A stretch of 64,000 nucleotides of DNA from Planctomycetota bacterium (GTDB lineage: Bacteria; Planctomycetota; SZUA-567; H5-PLA8). Shown here one piece after another: positions 28,192 to 37,507 of this stretch; positions within the stretch are counted from its first letter, which is position 1, and each line of letters begins with the position of its first letter. Made by a program: the position numbers and the translations under genes. The notes beneath the pieces are model-generated. The model had not been told where the DNA came from, did not search any database, and was given only the letters and a program-made list of their open reading frames with translations. The stretch covers positions 14,868 through 78,867 of the forward strand of contig JAOSKN010000004.1 of assembly GCA_027493525.1 (NCBI GenBank). Direction: 5' to 3'.

Positions 28192-29805
28192 ATGCGGATG
28201 CTGATGCTGCTGGCGGCGGGATGCTGTGCCACGCAGGCCCTGGCCGCGGCCTGGCCGCCTCCGGAGCGGCTTCTCGACTGGAAGCCCGGCGTGGCCGGCG
28301 GCATCCCCGAAATCCCGGTGGCCATAGCGCTGAAGCCCGCCGACCTGCCTGCCGACGGAAAGACCGACGCTTCCGCCGCGATTCAGAAAGCCATCGACGC
28401 GGTCCAGGTCCCCGGCGCGGTGCTCCTGCCGGAAGGCGCCTTCCGCCTCGAAAAGCGGCTCAGCCTCCGAAGCGGCGTCGTGCTGCGCGGCGCGGGGCTC
28501 GATAAGACCCGCCTCGTCGTCAACGCGCCCAACTCGACTTCAGGCGGGAGCGTCGAAATGCGCGGCGAGAAGGGCGGGGAGGAGTTCGCCATCGCCTCCG
28601 GCGCCGCGCTGAACTCCACCCGGATCACCCTCGCCGCCGCCGCCGGCCTCCAGCCCGGCGCGCTGGTCTGGGTCTACGCCGACAACGACCCCGCGCTCAT
28701 GTATACCAAGCCCGAGTGGAAGCAGAATTGGGCCGAGAACTCCATGGGCCAGGTGCTCCACGTGAAAGCCGTCCAGGGCGCGGACGTGACCCTCGATACG
28801 CCGCTCTACCTCGACTACAAGGCCGAATTCAAGCCGCGCCTGCGCGTCCTGTCCCCGATCCGCCGCGCCGGCCTCGAAGACCTCCACATCCTGCGCGAGG
28901 ACCGGGCCGAGGATTCCATCGTCGGCATCTTCTACGCCGAGGACTGCTGGGTGCGGAACGTCGAGACCGAGCGCTGCATGCGCTACCACATCGACATCCG
29001 CGCCAGCCGCCGCGTCACCGTCGAGAGCTGCTACGCGCATCACGCCCACGACCGCGGCGGCGGCGGGCACGGCTACGGCATCGAGATGACCGGCTGCGCC
29101 TCCGACTGCCTCGTCTGGAACTGCGTCCTGCACTCGCTGCGCCATGCCATGATCGTCCAGGTCGGCGCCAACGGCGGCGTCTACGCCTACAACTTCTCGT
29201 TCGACACCGCCGGCAGCGACAACGCGGGCAAGGCCTGGTGGCACTCCAACGACGTCTCCATCCACGGGCATTATCCCTACGCCCTGCTCTTCGAAGGCAA
29301 CGTCGTCCAGTGCATTGGGGTGGGGGACTATTGGGGCCCGGCCGGCCCGCGCATGACCTTCTTCCGCAACCGCATCGCCGCGCCCGAGAAGGAAGCCGAC
29401 CTCGCCGCTTACGCCAAGCTCGGCATCCACCCCAACAAGAGCGACCCCTGGCCGCGCTTCCAGATGAACCTCACCGTCAAGGACTCCTCCCACGGCTGCA
29501 ACGTCATCGGCAACACCTTCACCGACGGCGCGCCGCTCAAGATCGATCCGAGCTGCAAGGACACGCTCGCGGAAGGAAACCTCTTCGACGGGCAGCTCAA
29601 GTGGAACCAGGCCCAGCCCTGCCCGCTTCCCGCCTCGCTCTTCCTGAAGGAGAAGCCCGCCTTCTGGGGCGAGAAGCCCTGGCCGGCCATCGGCGCCGAC
29701 GTGGACGCCAAGGGCATGACGCCGATCCCGGCGCAGGATTGGTACGCGCGGATCAAGCGGGCCGGGAAGGGCGTGCCTTTTTTTAAAGTGAACAGTAAAC
29801 AGTGA
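28192..29805 (+). CDS. Secreted right-handed beta-helix protein (pectate-lyase superfamily / Pectate_lyase_3-like)
   Basis: Signal peptide MRMLMLLAAGCCATQALA after SD GGGAGG. DGKTDASAAIQKAIDA...LLPEGAFRL is typical of Pectate_lyase_3. The C-terminal ...KVNSKQ* is encoded by a heptamer array. Confidence 0.8.
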   Translation: MRMLMLLAAGCCATQALAAAWPPPERLLDWKPGVAGGIPEIPVAIALKPADLPADGKTDASAAIQKAIDAVQVPGAVLLPEGAFRLEKRLSLRSGVVLRGAGLDKTRLVVNAPNSTSGGSVEMRGEKGGEEFAIASGAALNSTRITLAAAAGLQPGALVWVYADNDPALMYTKPEWKQNWAENSMGQVLHVKAVQGADVTLDTPLYLDYKAEFKPRLRVLSPIRRAGLEDLHILREDRAEDSIVGIFYAEDCWVRNVETERCMRYHIDIRASRRVTVESCYAHHAHDRGGGGHGYGIEMTGCASDCLVWNCVLHSLRHAMIVQVGANGGVYAYNFSFDTAGSDNAGKAWWHSNDVSIHGHYPYALLFEGNVVQCIGVGDYWGPAGPRMTFFRNRIAAPEKEADLAAYAKLGIHPNKSDPWPRFQMNLTVKDSSHGCNVIGNTFTDGAPLKIDPSCKDTLAEGNLFDGQLKWNQAQPCPLPASLFLKEKPAFWGEKPWPAIGADVDAKGMTPIPAQDWYARIKRAGKGVPFFKVNSKQ

Positions 29806-30003
29806 GCAGTAAACAGTAACGGCTTCATCAACTAAAGTACCGTTCACCGTTCACCGTTCACCGTTCACCGTTCACCGTTCACCGTTCACCGTTTACCGTT
29901 TACCGTTTACCGTTTACCGTTTACCGTTTACTGTTTACTGTTTACTGTTTACTGTTTACTGTTTACTGTTTACTGTTTACTGTTTACTGTTTACTGTTTA
30001 CCG
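29788..30003. repeat. Inverted heptamer arrays: short GTGAACA/GTAAACA arm, 20-nt spacer, then a long (about 160 bp) CCGTTCA, CCGTTTA, CTGTTTA arm
   Basis: Read directly. It spans the convergent stops of 28192..29805 (+) and 29998..30994 (-). Confidence 0.97.
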
Positions 30004-30994
30004 CCAATCGATCACCACGCCCACGAAGCTCCGGTCCTTCGCGCGCAGCCTTTCGTAAACCTCCGTGGCGTCGGCGGGCTTGATGCGGTGGCTGACCAGG
30101 TGCGCGACCTTCAAGCGCCCGTCGCGGATTCCCTCCATCGTCGCCGTCCGGTTCAGCGCCATCGTGTACGGATAATACGGGTTCTCCTCGACGGGCACCT
30201 TCGGCTGGTGCGCGCCGATCAGCGTCAGCTCGCGGTGGATCAAATCCAGGTCGATCCGGAACGAGACCGGCTCGTAGACCGCCGAGGCCAGCACCAGCCG
30301 CCCGCGCAGCGCGAGGATCGAGATGGCCGTCTCGTACGCGCGATGATTGGCTGCGGCCTCGATGCAGCAGCTCACGCCCTTCCCGCCGGTCAGCGCCTTC
30401 ACGCGCGCCGCCGCGTCTTCCTGGCTCACGTCCACGACCGCGTCCGCGCCGAGTTCCTTCGCCATTTCGAGCCGCTTCGCGTCGGCGTCCAGCGCGATCA
30501 GCGGGCGCGCGCCGCATTGCCGGGCCAACTGCAAGATCAGGCTCCCCACCACGCCCTGGCCCACGATCGCGGTGGGCTCCAGCAGCCGCGGCGCGCCGCG
30601 TTCGACGATGTGATAGGCGACGCTGCCGAGCACCCCCAGCGTCGCGAGCGCCGGGTCGAGCCTCTCGGGCACGGGGGAGCAGGTTCACGCCGTTGGCCGG
30701 GATATTCGACGCCGAGGCGTGCGCGGCCGACGAGAGCACCCGCTGCCCGGCCGGCACCCCGCGCACCTCCGCGCCCACGGCCTCCACGATCCCGACGTGC
30801 GAATAGCCGATGTCGAGCGGCCTCCCTTCCTTCGCGGCCTCGTTGAGCTGCGCGATCTCGGTCCCGATCGAGATCTCCGTCCACTCCGTCCGCACCCGCG
30901 CCTCGTTGGGCTTCGGCGGCGGAAGCGGCTCCTCGATCACGACCACCCGCTTCCCATCGAACCGGAGCCGTCGTCGCGTCGTGGGCAAGGTCAT
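29998..30994 (-). pseudogene. Zinc-type medium-chain alcohol/polyol dehydrogenase, split by a +1 frameshift in a G5 run
   Basis: The N-terminal part (ORF 29984..30994) is sensible up to ...ANGVNLLP. The C-terminal part (ORF 29998..30672) carries Rossmann motif IVGQGVVGSLILQLA. The junction is at G5 30673-30677 (NLLP|VPERLDP). Confidence 0.8.
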
Positions 30995-31011
30995 GCGCGC
31001 ATCCCCTGGAG

Positions 31012-31109
31012 GCCTGTAATCTGTATTCTGTTATCTGTGATCTGTATTCTGTACTTTCAGTGTTCCGTGCTCCGAATCAGATCACAGATCACAGATTACA
31101 GATTACAGG
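31012..31109. repeat. Inverted heptamer arrays (CTGTAAT/CTGTATT arm, 24-nt spacer, ACAGATC/ACAGATT arm)
   Basis: cctgtaatctgtattctgttatctgtgatctgtattctgtac...cagatcacagatcacagattacagattacagg. Lies downstream of minus-strand gene 31103..32260. Confidence 0.95.
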
Positions 31110-32260
31110 CACAGGCTCTCCCCTACCGCCTTCCGGCCCTTCTCCGTCAGCGCGAAGTCGCCGCGCTCCGGGTCGGCGAACCACTCGCGGCCCCCGTGCC
31201 CAATCACGTTTCGCTCGAAAACCACCGTCGCGTCGCTGGCCAGCGGCCCCAGGAGCACATTCCCGTGGCAGCGCGTGCCGGGGTTGCCCATGTGGAACTG
31301 CACCGCGAAGAAGCGGTTGATGCCGGGATCGAAGACGATGTTGCCGTGAACGTCGATCTCCGGCGAGCCGCAGACCTCGATGGCTTTGCCCGCGCCGCAG
31401 CAGAAGCGATTGTCGCGGATCGTGCCGCCGCTCACGCCGGGCACCGTCTGGCTGGGGTTGCCGAAGGAGATTCCGCGGTCGCAGCCGACGAAAAGATTCC
31501 GCTCGCAGACCACCCCCGACGAGCCGACCCAGACGAAGATCCCCGCGCGCCCGCCGCCGTTCGCGCCGCGGATCCCGACAAAGGCGTTGTCCGAGAAGCG
31601 CCAGTCCTTAAGGCCCATGCAGTCGATGCCCGAGATGTAATCGCCGTCGAAGCCGTCCTCGCGGTCGGTCTTCACGTGGTCGCAGAGGAAGAGGCAGTGC
31701 CGCACGCGCCCGTTGGCGGGGCGCACGGCCTCGACCTTCTCCGCGGGATAATTCCTCTCGCCCAGGTCGCGGTCGTCGGGGCGCGCCGGGTGCGTGCCCT
31801 TCAGCCCGCGCACCCAGATGTTGTGGAACTTCACGTTGTAGACGTTGAGCCCGTGCACCTCGCTGTCGCCGTAGAACATCACCGCGTACTTGGGCGAGTT
31901 CCGGAACGTCACGTCGGCGATGGTCACGTTCCGCGCGCGCTTCAGGCGCAGGATCGCCGGCGCGTGCCCGCCGGGGTGGTAACCCTGCGTCAGGTCCGCG
32001 CCCTCGCCGTCGATCACCACCGCTTCGCGGTTCCCGCTGGCCGAGCGCACCGTCACGTCGCTCTGCGCGAGCAGCATGTCCCGCGGGACGCGGTAATGGC
32101 CGTCATCGAGCAGGATCGTCGAGTGCGCCTTCGCGTCGAGCAGCGCCGCGTGCAGCTCCGCGCCGGTCTTGACGCGCACGACGACGCCCTCGGGCGGGGG
32201 GAGCGGCTCGGCCGGCCGCACGTGCTTCAGGATCGCGTCCACGTCGAAATCGCAGGGCAT
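31103..32260 (-). CDS. Right-handed parallel beta-helix repeat protein (possible polysaccharide lyase/hydrolase)
   Basis: Repetitive ...N..F....G...G... turns (NIWVRG, NAFVGIRG, CERNLFVGC, RDNRFCCG, VHGNIVFD, CHGNVLLG). ATG at 32260. Confidence 0.65.
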   Translation of the reverse strand: MPCDFDVDAILKHVRPAEPLPPPEGVVVRVKTGAELHAALLDAKAHSTILLDDGHYRVPRDMLLAQSDVTVRSASGNREAVVIDGEGADLTQGYHPGGHAPAILRLKRARNVTIADVTFRNSPKYAVMFYGDSEVHGLNVYNVKFHNIWVRGLKGTHPARPDDRDLGERNYPAEKVEAVRPANGRVRHCLFLCDHVKTDREDGFDGDYISGIDCMGLKDWRFSDNAFVGIRGANGGGRAGIFVWVGSSGVVCERNLFVGCDRGISFGNPSQTVPGVSGGTIRDNRFCCGAGKAIEVCGSPEIDVHGNIVFDPGINRFFAVQFHMGNPGTRCHGNVLLGPLASDATVVFERNVIGHGGREWFADPERGDFALTEKGRKAVGESLCL

Positions 32261-32374
32261 GGCGGGGCCTCCGGGGGCGGTTCGGGACTGAGTATCGGGG
32301 ACTGCGGACCGAGTAAAAAGTAAGAAAAGTACCTCAGCCACTCAGTCCTCAGTCCTTGAACCGCAGTCCTGCCG

Positions 32375-32806
32375 TCAGTCCTCCGCCGCGCCGCGCCCTC
32401 GCATCTGCTTGATCCTGCTCCGGTGCTTCTTCGCGCCCAGCCGCCGCTCCCTGCTCCCCGCGCTCGGCCGCGTGCGCTTGCGCTTCCGCGGCCGCTGCAG
32501 CCCCTGCCGCAGCAGGTCCTCCATCCGCGCAAGCGCGTCCTCCACGTTCCGCGCCTGCTCGCGGTAGCGGCTGCTCACCACCTGCACGCGCCCTTCGGCG
32601 TCGATCCGCGCACCCAGCGCCGCGCGCAGCCGTTCCAGGTCCTCCGCCGGGAGAAACCCCGCCGCGCCCGCCAGGTCCAGCCGCACGTCGGCCTTCGTCG
32701 CGACCTTGTTCACGTTCTGCCCGCCCGGCCCGCCGGAGCGCGAGAACGTCACCGAGAGCAGCCGCGCCGGCAGCGTCAGGGCGGGGGAGAGGATCAGGTC
32801 GCGCAT
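32375..32806 (-). CDS. arfB: Alternative ribosome-rescue factor ArfB (peptidyl-tRNA hydrolase, ICT1/YaeJ family)
   Basis: GGQ motif in SGGPGGQNVNKVATK, a basic C-terminal tail, about 140 aa. Confidence 0.9.
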   Translation of the reverse strand: MRDLILSPALTLPARLLSVTFSRSGGPGGQNVNKVATKADVRLDLAGAAGFLPAEDLERLRAALGARIDAEGRVQVVSSRYREQARNVEDALARMEDLLRQGLQRPRKRKRTRPSAGSRERRLGAKKHRSRIKQMRGRGAAED

Positions 32807-32930
32807 GGGCGGCAGCTTTCCGGTTTACGGGCGCAATTCAAAAACGTGAAACGTGAAAAGAAACGACCCAGTGACCTTCCCCACGAAAAGTGTAGTCCTC
32901 ACGTTTCACGCCTCCCCCTACAATATCCCC

Positions 32931-33464
32931 ATGCCGACGGCGTGCGCCTGCTTCTTTTCCGGCTGGCTCGCGGGAATTTTCCTCGAGTACGCCCTGCATT
33001 GGATCATGCACCGCTTCGCGCTCGGCTTCCACATCGGGCATCACCGCGAGTTCTTCCACCTCCCGCCGCGCGCCGTCGCCGTGCGCACCCTCGACCCGCG
33101 CCTGGACCTGCTCTTCTTCGCCGCCGTCCTGGCCGTCTGCTCGCCGCTGATGCTCGTCTGGCCCTGGTGGGCGGTTACGCTCGTCTGGGCCGGCGCGCTC
33201 TGGCATGTGGTGTTCGTCTACGAAGCCTGCCACGCGCTGATGCATCACGAAGCCTGGCTGCCCAAGGTTCTTCGCGAAAGCCGCGCCTTCCGCTGGTGGC
33301 GCGGCTGCCACTTCGAGCACCACTTCCACGCGCCGGCGGCTAATTTCAGCGTCACCTGCCCCTGGCTGGACATCCTTTTCAGGACCTACGCCCCGCCGCG
33401 GCCGTCGTACGCCGAGTTGCCGCACCCCAAGCTGCGCCCGGAGGGCGACGGCATTACCGTGTAG
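32931..33464 (+). CDS. Fatty-acid hydroxylase / sterol desaturase superfamily membrane protein
   Basis: His boxes HWIMH, HIGHH, HALMHH and HFEHH, with hydrophobic segments. Confidence 0.65.
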   Translation: MPTACACFFSGWLAGIFLEYALHWIMHRFALGFHIGHHREFFHLPPRAVAVRTLDPRLDLLFFAAVLAVCSPLMLVWPWWAVTLVWAGALWHVVFVYEACHALMHHEAWLPKVLRESRAFRWWRGCHFEHHFHAPAANFSVTCPWLDILFRTYAPPRPSYAELPHPKLRPEGDGITV

Positions 33465-33604
33465 CCTGTGATCTGTAATCTGTAATCTGTAATCTGTAAC
33501 CAGCGAGCAGGGAATGGGTTGCGATGATCGCCTAAAGCATGCGTCTGCTTACAGAATACAGAATACAGAATACAGATCACAGATCACAGATCACAGATCA
33601 CAGG
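33465..33604. repeat. Inverted heptamer arrays (CTGTGAT/CTGTAAT arm, about 47-nt spacer, ACAGAAT/ACAGATC arm)
   Basis: Read directly. Starts 1 nt after the stop at 33462-33464. Confidence 0.95.
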
Positions 33605-33678
33605 CTCCAGGTTCTCCGGAAGCAAAACGCCCTCAGGACGAGTCCTCCTATCAGGGGCAATCCGCAAGGGGGGTGCGC

Positions 33679-34946
33679 ATGCGACGGAACGGGCCGGGAG
33701 CCTGGGCGGCGGCCGTGTTGGCGCTCTGCGGCGGCGCCGCGCTTCAAGCCGCGCAGCCGGCCGCCTCGAACCGCGAGGCGCAGCTCAAGCAGACCCTCGC
33801 CGACGGCTTCGCGCAGCTCGCCGAGTTCGCCCGCGGGAAGCGGCTCTGGGCCGAGGCCAAGACGCACCTGGCCGAAGCCGAGGCGCTCGACGCGGCGGCC
33901 CCCGCGTGAAGTCCCTCAAGGCGCAGGCCGAGGGTTCCGACGAACCCGCCGAGGGCGCGCGCGCGGCCTACGAATCCCAGCTTAAGCGCTTCGCCCCGAT
34001 CCTCGCGGGCTACCTCCGCGAGCTGGCCGACGTCGCGAAAAACGACGGGGCCTCAGTCAAGCCCCTCCTCCGCGCCTACGAACTCGACCCCGCCGCCACC
34101 GAAGGCGCGCTCGCCCGCTGCGTCGCCGAACTCCAGAAAAAGGAAGACTGGCCGCGCGCCGCCGAAGTCCTCGCCGGCGCGCAGCGCGTAAAGCCCGACG
34201 AGCGCCGCGCGCAACTGCTCCTGGACCTGGAGTTCAAGGCCGCCGAGAAGGAACCGCTCCTGCGCAAGGCCAAGGACCACCCGCTGCGCTACTACCTCAG
34301 CCTGCCCAAGGGCTGGCAGCGCGGGAAGAAGTACCCCATCCTCGTTACCGTCGACGGTGCCGGCTGCAACTTCCTCGGCAGCGCCCGCAGCTACACCAGC
34401 CGCCGCGGCGACGAACCGTACATCGTCGTCGCCCCCTGCACCTTCATCAACACCTCCAACCACGCCCGCGGCAACTACGCGATGTACAGCGACGAGGAAT
34501 GGAAACGGATCCAGGAACTCCCCGGCAGCGCCGCGACCTTCGATCACGACGGGCTCCTTAAGGTGCTCGACGACGTCCGCGCGGACTTCGGCGGCGAAGA
34601 GAAGTTCTACATGACCGGCTTCAGCGGCGGCGGGAACCTCACCTGGATCATGATCTTCTTGCACCCGGAAATGCTCGCCGCCGCCGCGCCCGCCTGCCCC
34701 AACTGCATCCCGCTGCGCAAGGTCTCCGACCACGAGGCCCGCAAGACCCTTCCCGTCCACGTGTACCAGGGCGACAAGGACCAGTTCCTCGCCACGATCC
34801 TGGAGCCCCAGTGGCGGCTGGTGCAGGCCATGGCCAGGGCCGGCGGCTTCGAGAAGATCGACCGCGAGATGCTCCCCGGCGTCGGGCATTCGCCGTGCGT
34901 CGAGAAGGTGTTGGGATATTTCAACGGCATTCGAAAAGGTAAATGA
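33679..34946 (+). pseudogene. Secreted alpha/beta-hydrolase (esterase/depolymerase-like), apparently split by a frameshift at a C5 run
   Basis: A signal-peptide ORF (MRRNGPGAWAAAVLALCGGAALQA...) ends at 33909. ORF 33906..34946 continues in the adjacent frame, with nucleophile elbow GFSGGG and ...VHVYQGDKD... The junction is at C5 33899-33903. Two separate genes remain possible. Confidence 0.6.
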
Positions 34947-35067
34947 GCGCGAGCCCCAAGCCTCTACTCCGAGCGACCTTGCACCCGGCATCGCCCCGCG
35001 TTACCCTCTCCCGCGCTTTGCCGGTTGCACTTGCGTTTCCATCAACCTGCCGACCAAGGAGTCGCAC

Positions 35068-35562
35068 ATGCCGAAGAAAGACAAGGCCCGCACCAAGGGC
35101 AAAGTGGACAAGCAGACCCGCAAGATCATCGAGGAACTGATCGTCTCGTATTGGATGGAAATGGAAACCGTCCTCAGCTACATCTGCAATTCGGTGAACC
35201 TCGACGGCGTCCGCGCCGAGGAGATCAAGAAGTCGCTCCAGGTGGACATCCAGGCCGAACTCGGACACGCCACCCAGCTCGCCCGCCGCATCAACGTCCT
35301 CGGCGGCGTCGTCCCCGGCAGCATGGACTTCCGCGCCATGCAGAAGTCGCTCCAGCCCCGCGCGGACACCACCGACGTCGCCGCCGTCATCCGCGGCGTG
35401 ATCGAGGCCGAGAACGGCGCCATCGCCCAGTACCGGAAGATCATCAAGCTCTGCGACGGCTTCGACTACGCGACGCAGGACCTCTGCATCACGCTCCTCG
35501 AGAACGAGGAAGCCCACCGCCGCGAGTTCATCGGCTTCCTGACCGAGTACGAGAAGAAGTAA
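35068..35562 (+). CDS. Ferritin-like (bacterioferritin/Dps-fold) protein
   Basis: Four-helix pattern with E...GH..QLARRI..LGG and EAENGAI..Y...I and ENEEAHRREF. Confidence 0.6.
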   Translation: MPKKDKARTKGKVDKQTRKIIEELIVSYWMEMETVLSYICNSVNLDGVRAEEIKKSLQVDIQAELGHATQLARRINVLGGVVPGSMDFRAMQKSLQPRADTTDVAAVIRGVIEAENGAIAQYRKIIKLCDGFDYATQDLCITLLENEEAHRREFIGFLTEYEKK

Positions 35563-35582
35563 CCGCGCCCTCAAATCAGCCC

Positions 35583-35622
35583 TGAGCGGCAACAGCACGG
35601 CATGCCTTGCTGTTGCCGCTCA
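35583..35622. terminator. Bidirectional stem-loop between convergent genes
   Basis: Perfect 15-bp stem, tgagcggcaacagca / tgctgttgccgctca, with a 10-nt loop. No U-tract. Followed by a short ACAGATT array. Confidence 0.55.
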
Positions 35623-35640
35623 CCGAGCACAGATTACAGA

Positions 35641-36636
35641 TTACCGCGCCGTCTTCACCGGCCGCCTCCGCTCCGCCGACCGGTACGCCGCCTCCGTCAG
35701 CCGCGCGACCTCCAGCGCGTACAGAGGCGGTTCGTACCCCTTCTTGCCCTGGATCCAGCCCACGAACGCGGCGTCCGGCGTGTCCGGCTTGTAGCTCTTC
35801 GGCGGCTCCGTCGGCTCGTTGTTGACCAGGAAGCTCCTTACGCTCCATTGGTGCAAGTGGATCACGATCGACCCGGCCGTCGTATGGATCGCCAGCCGCT
35901 CGTCGTGCCGCACCGCGTTGCCGATGGTGTTCAGCGAGAGCAGCGCGCCGTTCTTGCAGCGCACCGCCGCCGCCGTATTCACGTCCACGAAGCGCCCGTG
36001 GAAGTCCACCAGCGCGCTCACCTCCGTCGCCTGCGCCCCGGTCAGGAACAGCGTGGCGGCCACCAGGTGGCTTCCCGTGTCCATGAACATCCCGCCGCCG
36101 GACTGCTTGGGATCGAGCCGCCAGATCTTCTTCGGGTTGCCCTTGCCCTTCCCGCCCCAGCCCTGCGTCACGAAGGCCACCACCCCGCGCACCTCCCCGA
36201 ACTTGCCCGAGCGCAGCAGGTCGCGGACGTAGCGGTACACCGGCATGTGGTGCCGCTGGTAGCTGACGTGCAGGATCCGCTTCTTCCGCTTCGCCAGCGC
36301 CAGCAGCGCCTTCGAGTGCGCGCTCGAGATCGTCAGCGGCTTCTCGACCAGCACGTGCACCCCCGCGTTCAGCGCGTCGCGGATCTGCGCGAAGTGCTGG
36401 TTGTGCGGCGTGCTGATCAGCACCCCGTCCAGCGGTTCGCGCTTCAGCAGCTCCTTGTAATCCCCGTACAGGTTCAACGGCTTGCCCCACTCGGCGATGC
36501 ACGCCTCGGCGTTCGCCCGGAACGGATCGCACGCCGCGACCAGCTCGGCCCCCGGGATCGCCTTCAGCCGCGGGATGTGCGACCGCCGCATGTTGTTCCC
36601 GCAACCGATGAGGGCCAGACGCACGCGCTTCGCCAT
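35641..36636 (-). CDS. Gfo/Idh/MocA-family NAD(P)-dependent oxidoreductase
   Basis: N-terminal Rossmann motif RLALIGCGNNMRRSHIP. EKP motif (LVEKPL). Confidence 0.85.
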   Translation of the reverse strand: MAKRVRLALIGCGNNMRRSHIPRLKAIPGAELVAACDPFRANAEACIAEWGKPLNLYGDYKELLKREPLDGVLISTPHNQHFAQIRDALNAGVHVLVEKPLTISSAHSKALLALAKRKKRILHVSYQRHHMPVYRYVRDLLRSGKFGEVRGVVAFVTQGWGGKGKGNPKKIWRLDPKQSGGGMFMDTGSHLVAATLFLTGAQATEVSALVDFHGRFVDVNTAAAVRCKNGALLSLNTIGNAVRHDERLAIHTTAGSIVIHLHQWSVRSFLVNNEPTEPPKSYKPDTPDAAFVGWIQGKKGYEPPLYALEVARLTEAAYRSAERRRPVKTAR

Positions 36637-36711
36637 GGGGTCGGATCTCCGGGCCGTGAATGAAAGGATGAAGCGTTAAACGCTAATCCGGTTACAAAGC
36701 TTGGCAAACTA

Positions 36712-36874
36712 AGTTCCGAGTTCCGAGTTCCGAGGATCGGGTCTTTACCGCAGAGCACGCAGAGAGCGCGGAGGGGGCGAAATAGAAAAGGCAGTTCTCC
36801 GCGTGCTTTGCGTTCTCTGCGGTTCAAATCAGTTCCGAGTTCCGAGTTCCGAGTTCCGAGTTCCGAGTTCCGAG
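36712..36874. repeat. Two direct AGTTCCG arrays flanking a 77-bp imperfect palindrome built from CGCAGAG-type units
   Basis: Arrays at 36712-36734 and 36831-36874. Palindrome at 36747-36823 (accgcagagcacgcagagagcgcggag ... ctccgcgtgctttgcgttctctgcggt). Sits in a divergent promoter spacer. Confidence 0.9.
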
Positions 36875-36903
36875 GTTTGGTCCGCCGCGCCGCTCGACCC
36901 GCA

Positions 36904-37389
36904 ATGGAAAGGCTCCGCATGTCCGAACCCCGGCTTCCCGCGCCCGAACCTCAACGCACGGCCACCTCCGAACTCGTGATCTCCGGCGGGCTCTTGTTCG
37001 GCGTGGCGGCCGGCTGGTTCGTCTTTCAGGCCCACTATGTCGAGCCCAAGCTTGACCTGTTCAAGGCCCTTGCCGTGGACCTCCCCGCGCCGACCGTCCT
37101 GGCGCTGGCCCTGCATCGGACGGAATGTCAGGCGGGGGTCGGCGCGCTCGTGGCGTTCGTCCTGGTGCTGGGGTTTATCCGGCGCAAGGCCTGGGCCGCC
37201 TGGCTTCTCACGGGGGGCCTCTGCGTGGTCATGATGCTCAGCTTCGCGTCCATCGAGTTGACCGCGCAGAAGATCCTCGAGGCCTTGCGGCGCGCACATC
37301 CGCAATGGATCGAGAACCTCAAGCGGGACCTTGAGGAAGAGCAGCCGTCCAGGCCGGCGGAGAAGACCTCGGCCGCGCCTGCGCCCTGA
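36904..37389 (+). CDS. Hypothetical membrane protein (3-4 TM helices)
   Basis: ATG at 36904 follows the repeat. Hydrophobic segments LVISGGLLFGVAAGWFVF, VGALVAFVLVLGFI and LLTGGLCVVMMLSF. No family recognised. Confidence 0.55.
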   Translation: MERLRMSEPRLPAPEPQRTATSELVISGGLLFGVAAGWFVFQAHYVEPKLDLFKALAVDLPAPTVLALALHRTECQAGVGALVAFVLVLGFIRRKAWAAWLLTGGLCVVMMLSFASIELTAQKILEALRRAHPQWIENLKRDLEEEQPSRPAEKTSAAPAP

Positions 37390-37507
37390 CGGCGTACAGT
37401 CCAATTCCAGACGCAAGCAGCTCGGCACGGGGCCGCTTCGCGGACCCGTGGCGCAGGCCATGAAAGCGAAGTCGCCGTTTCACGCGCCCGGCCTACAATG
37501 CCCCGCC

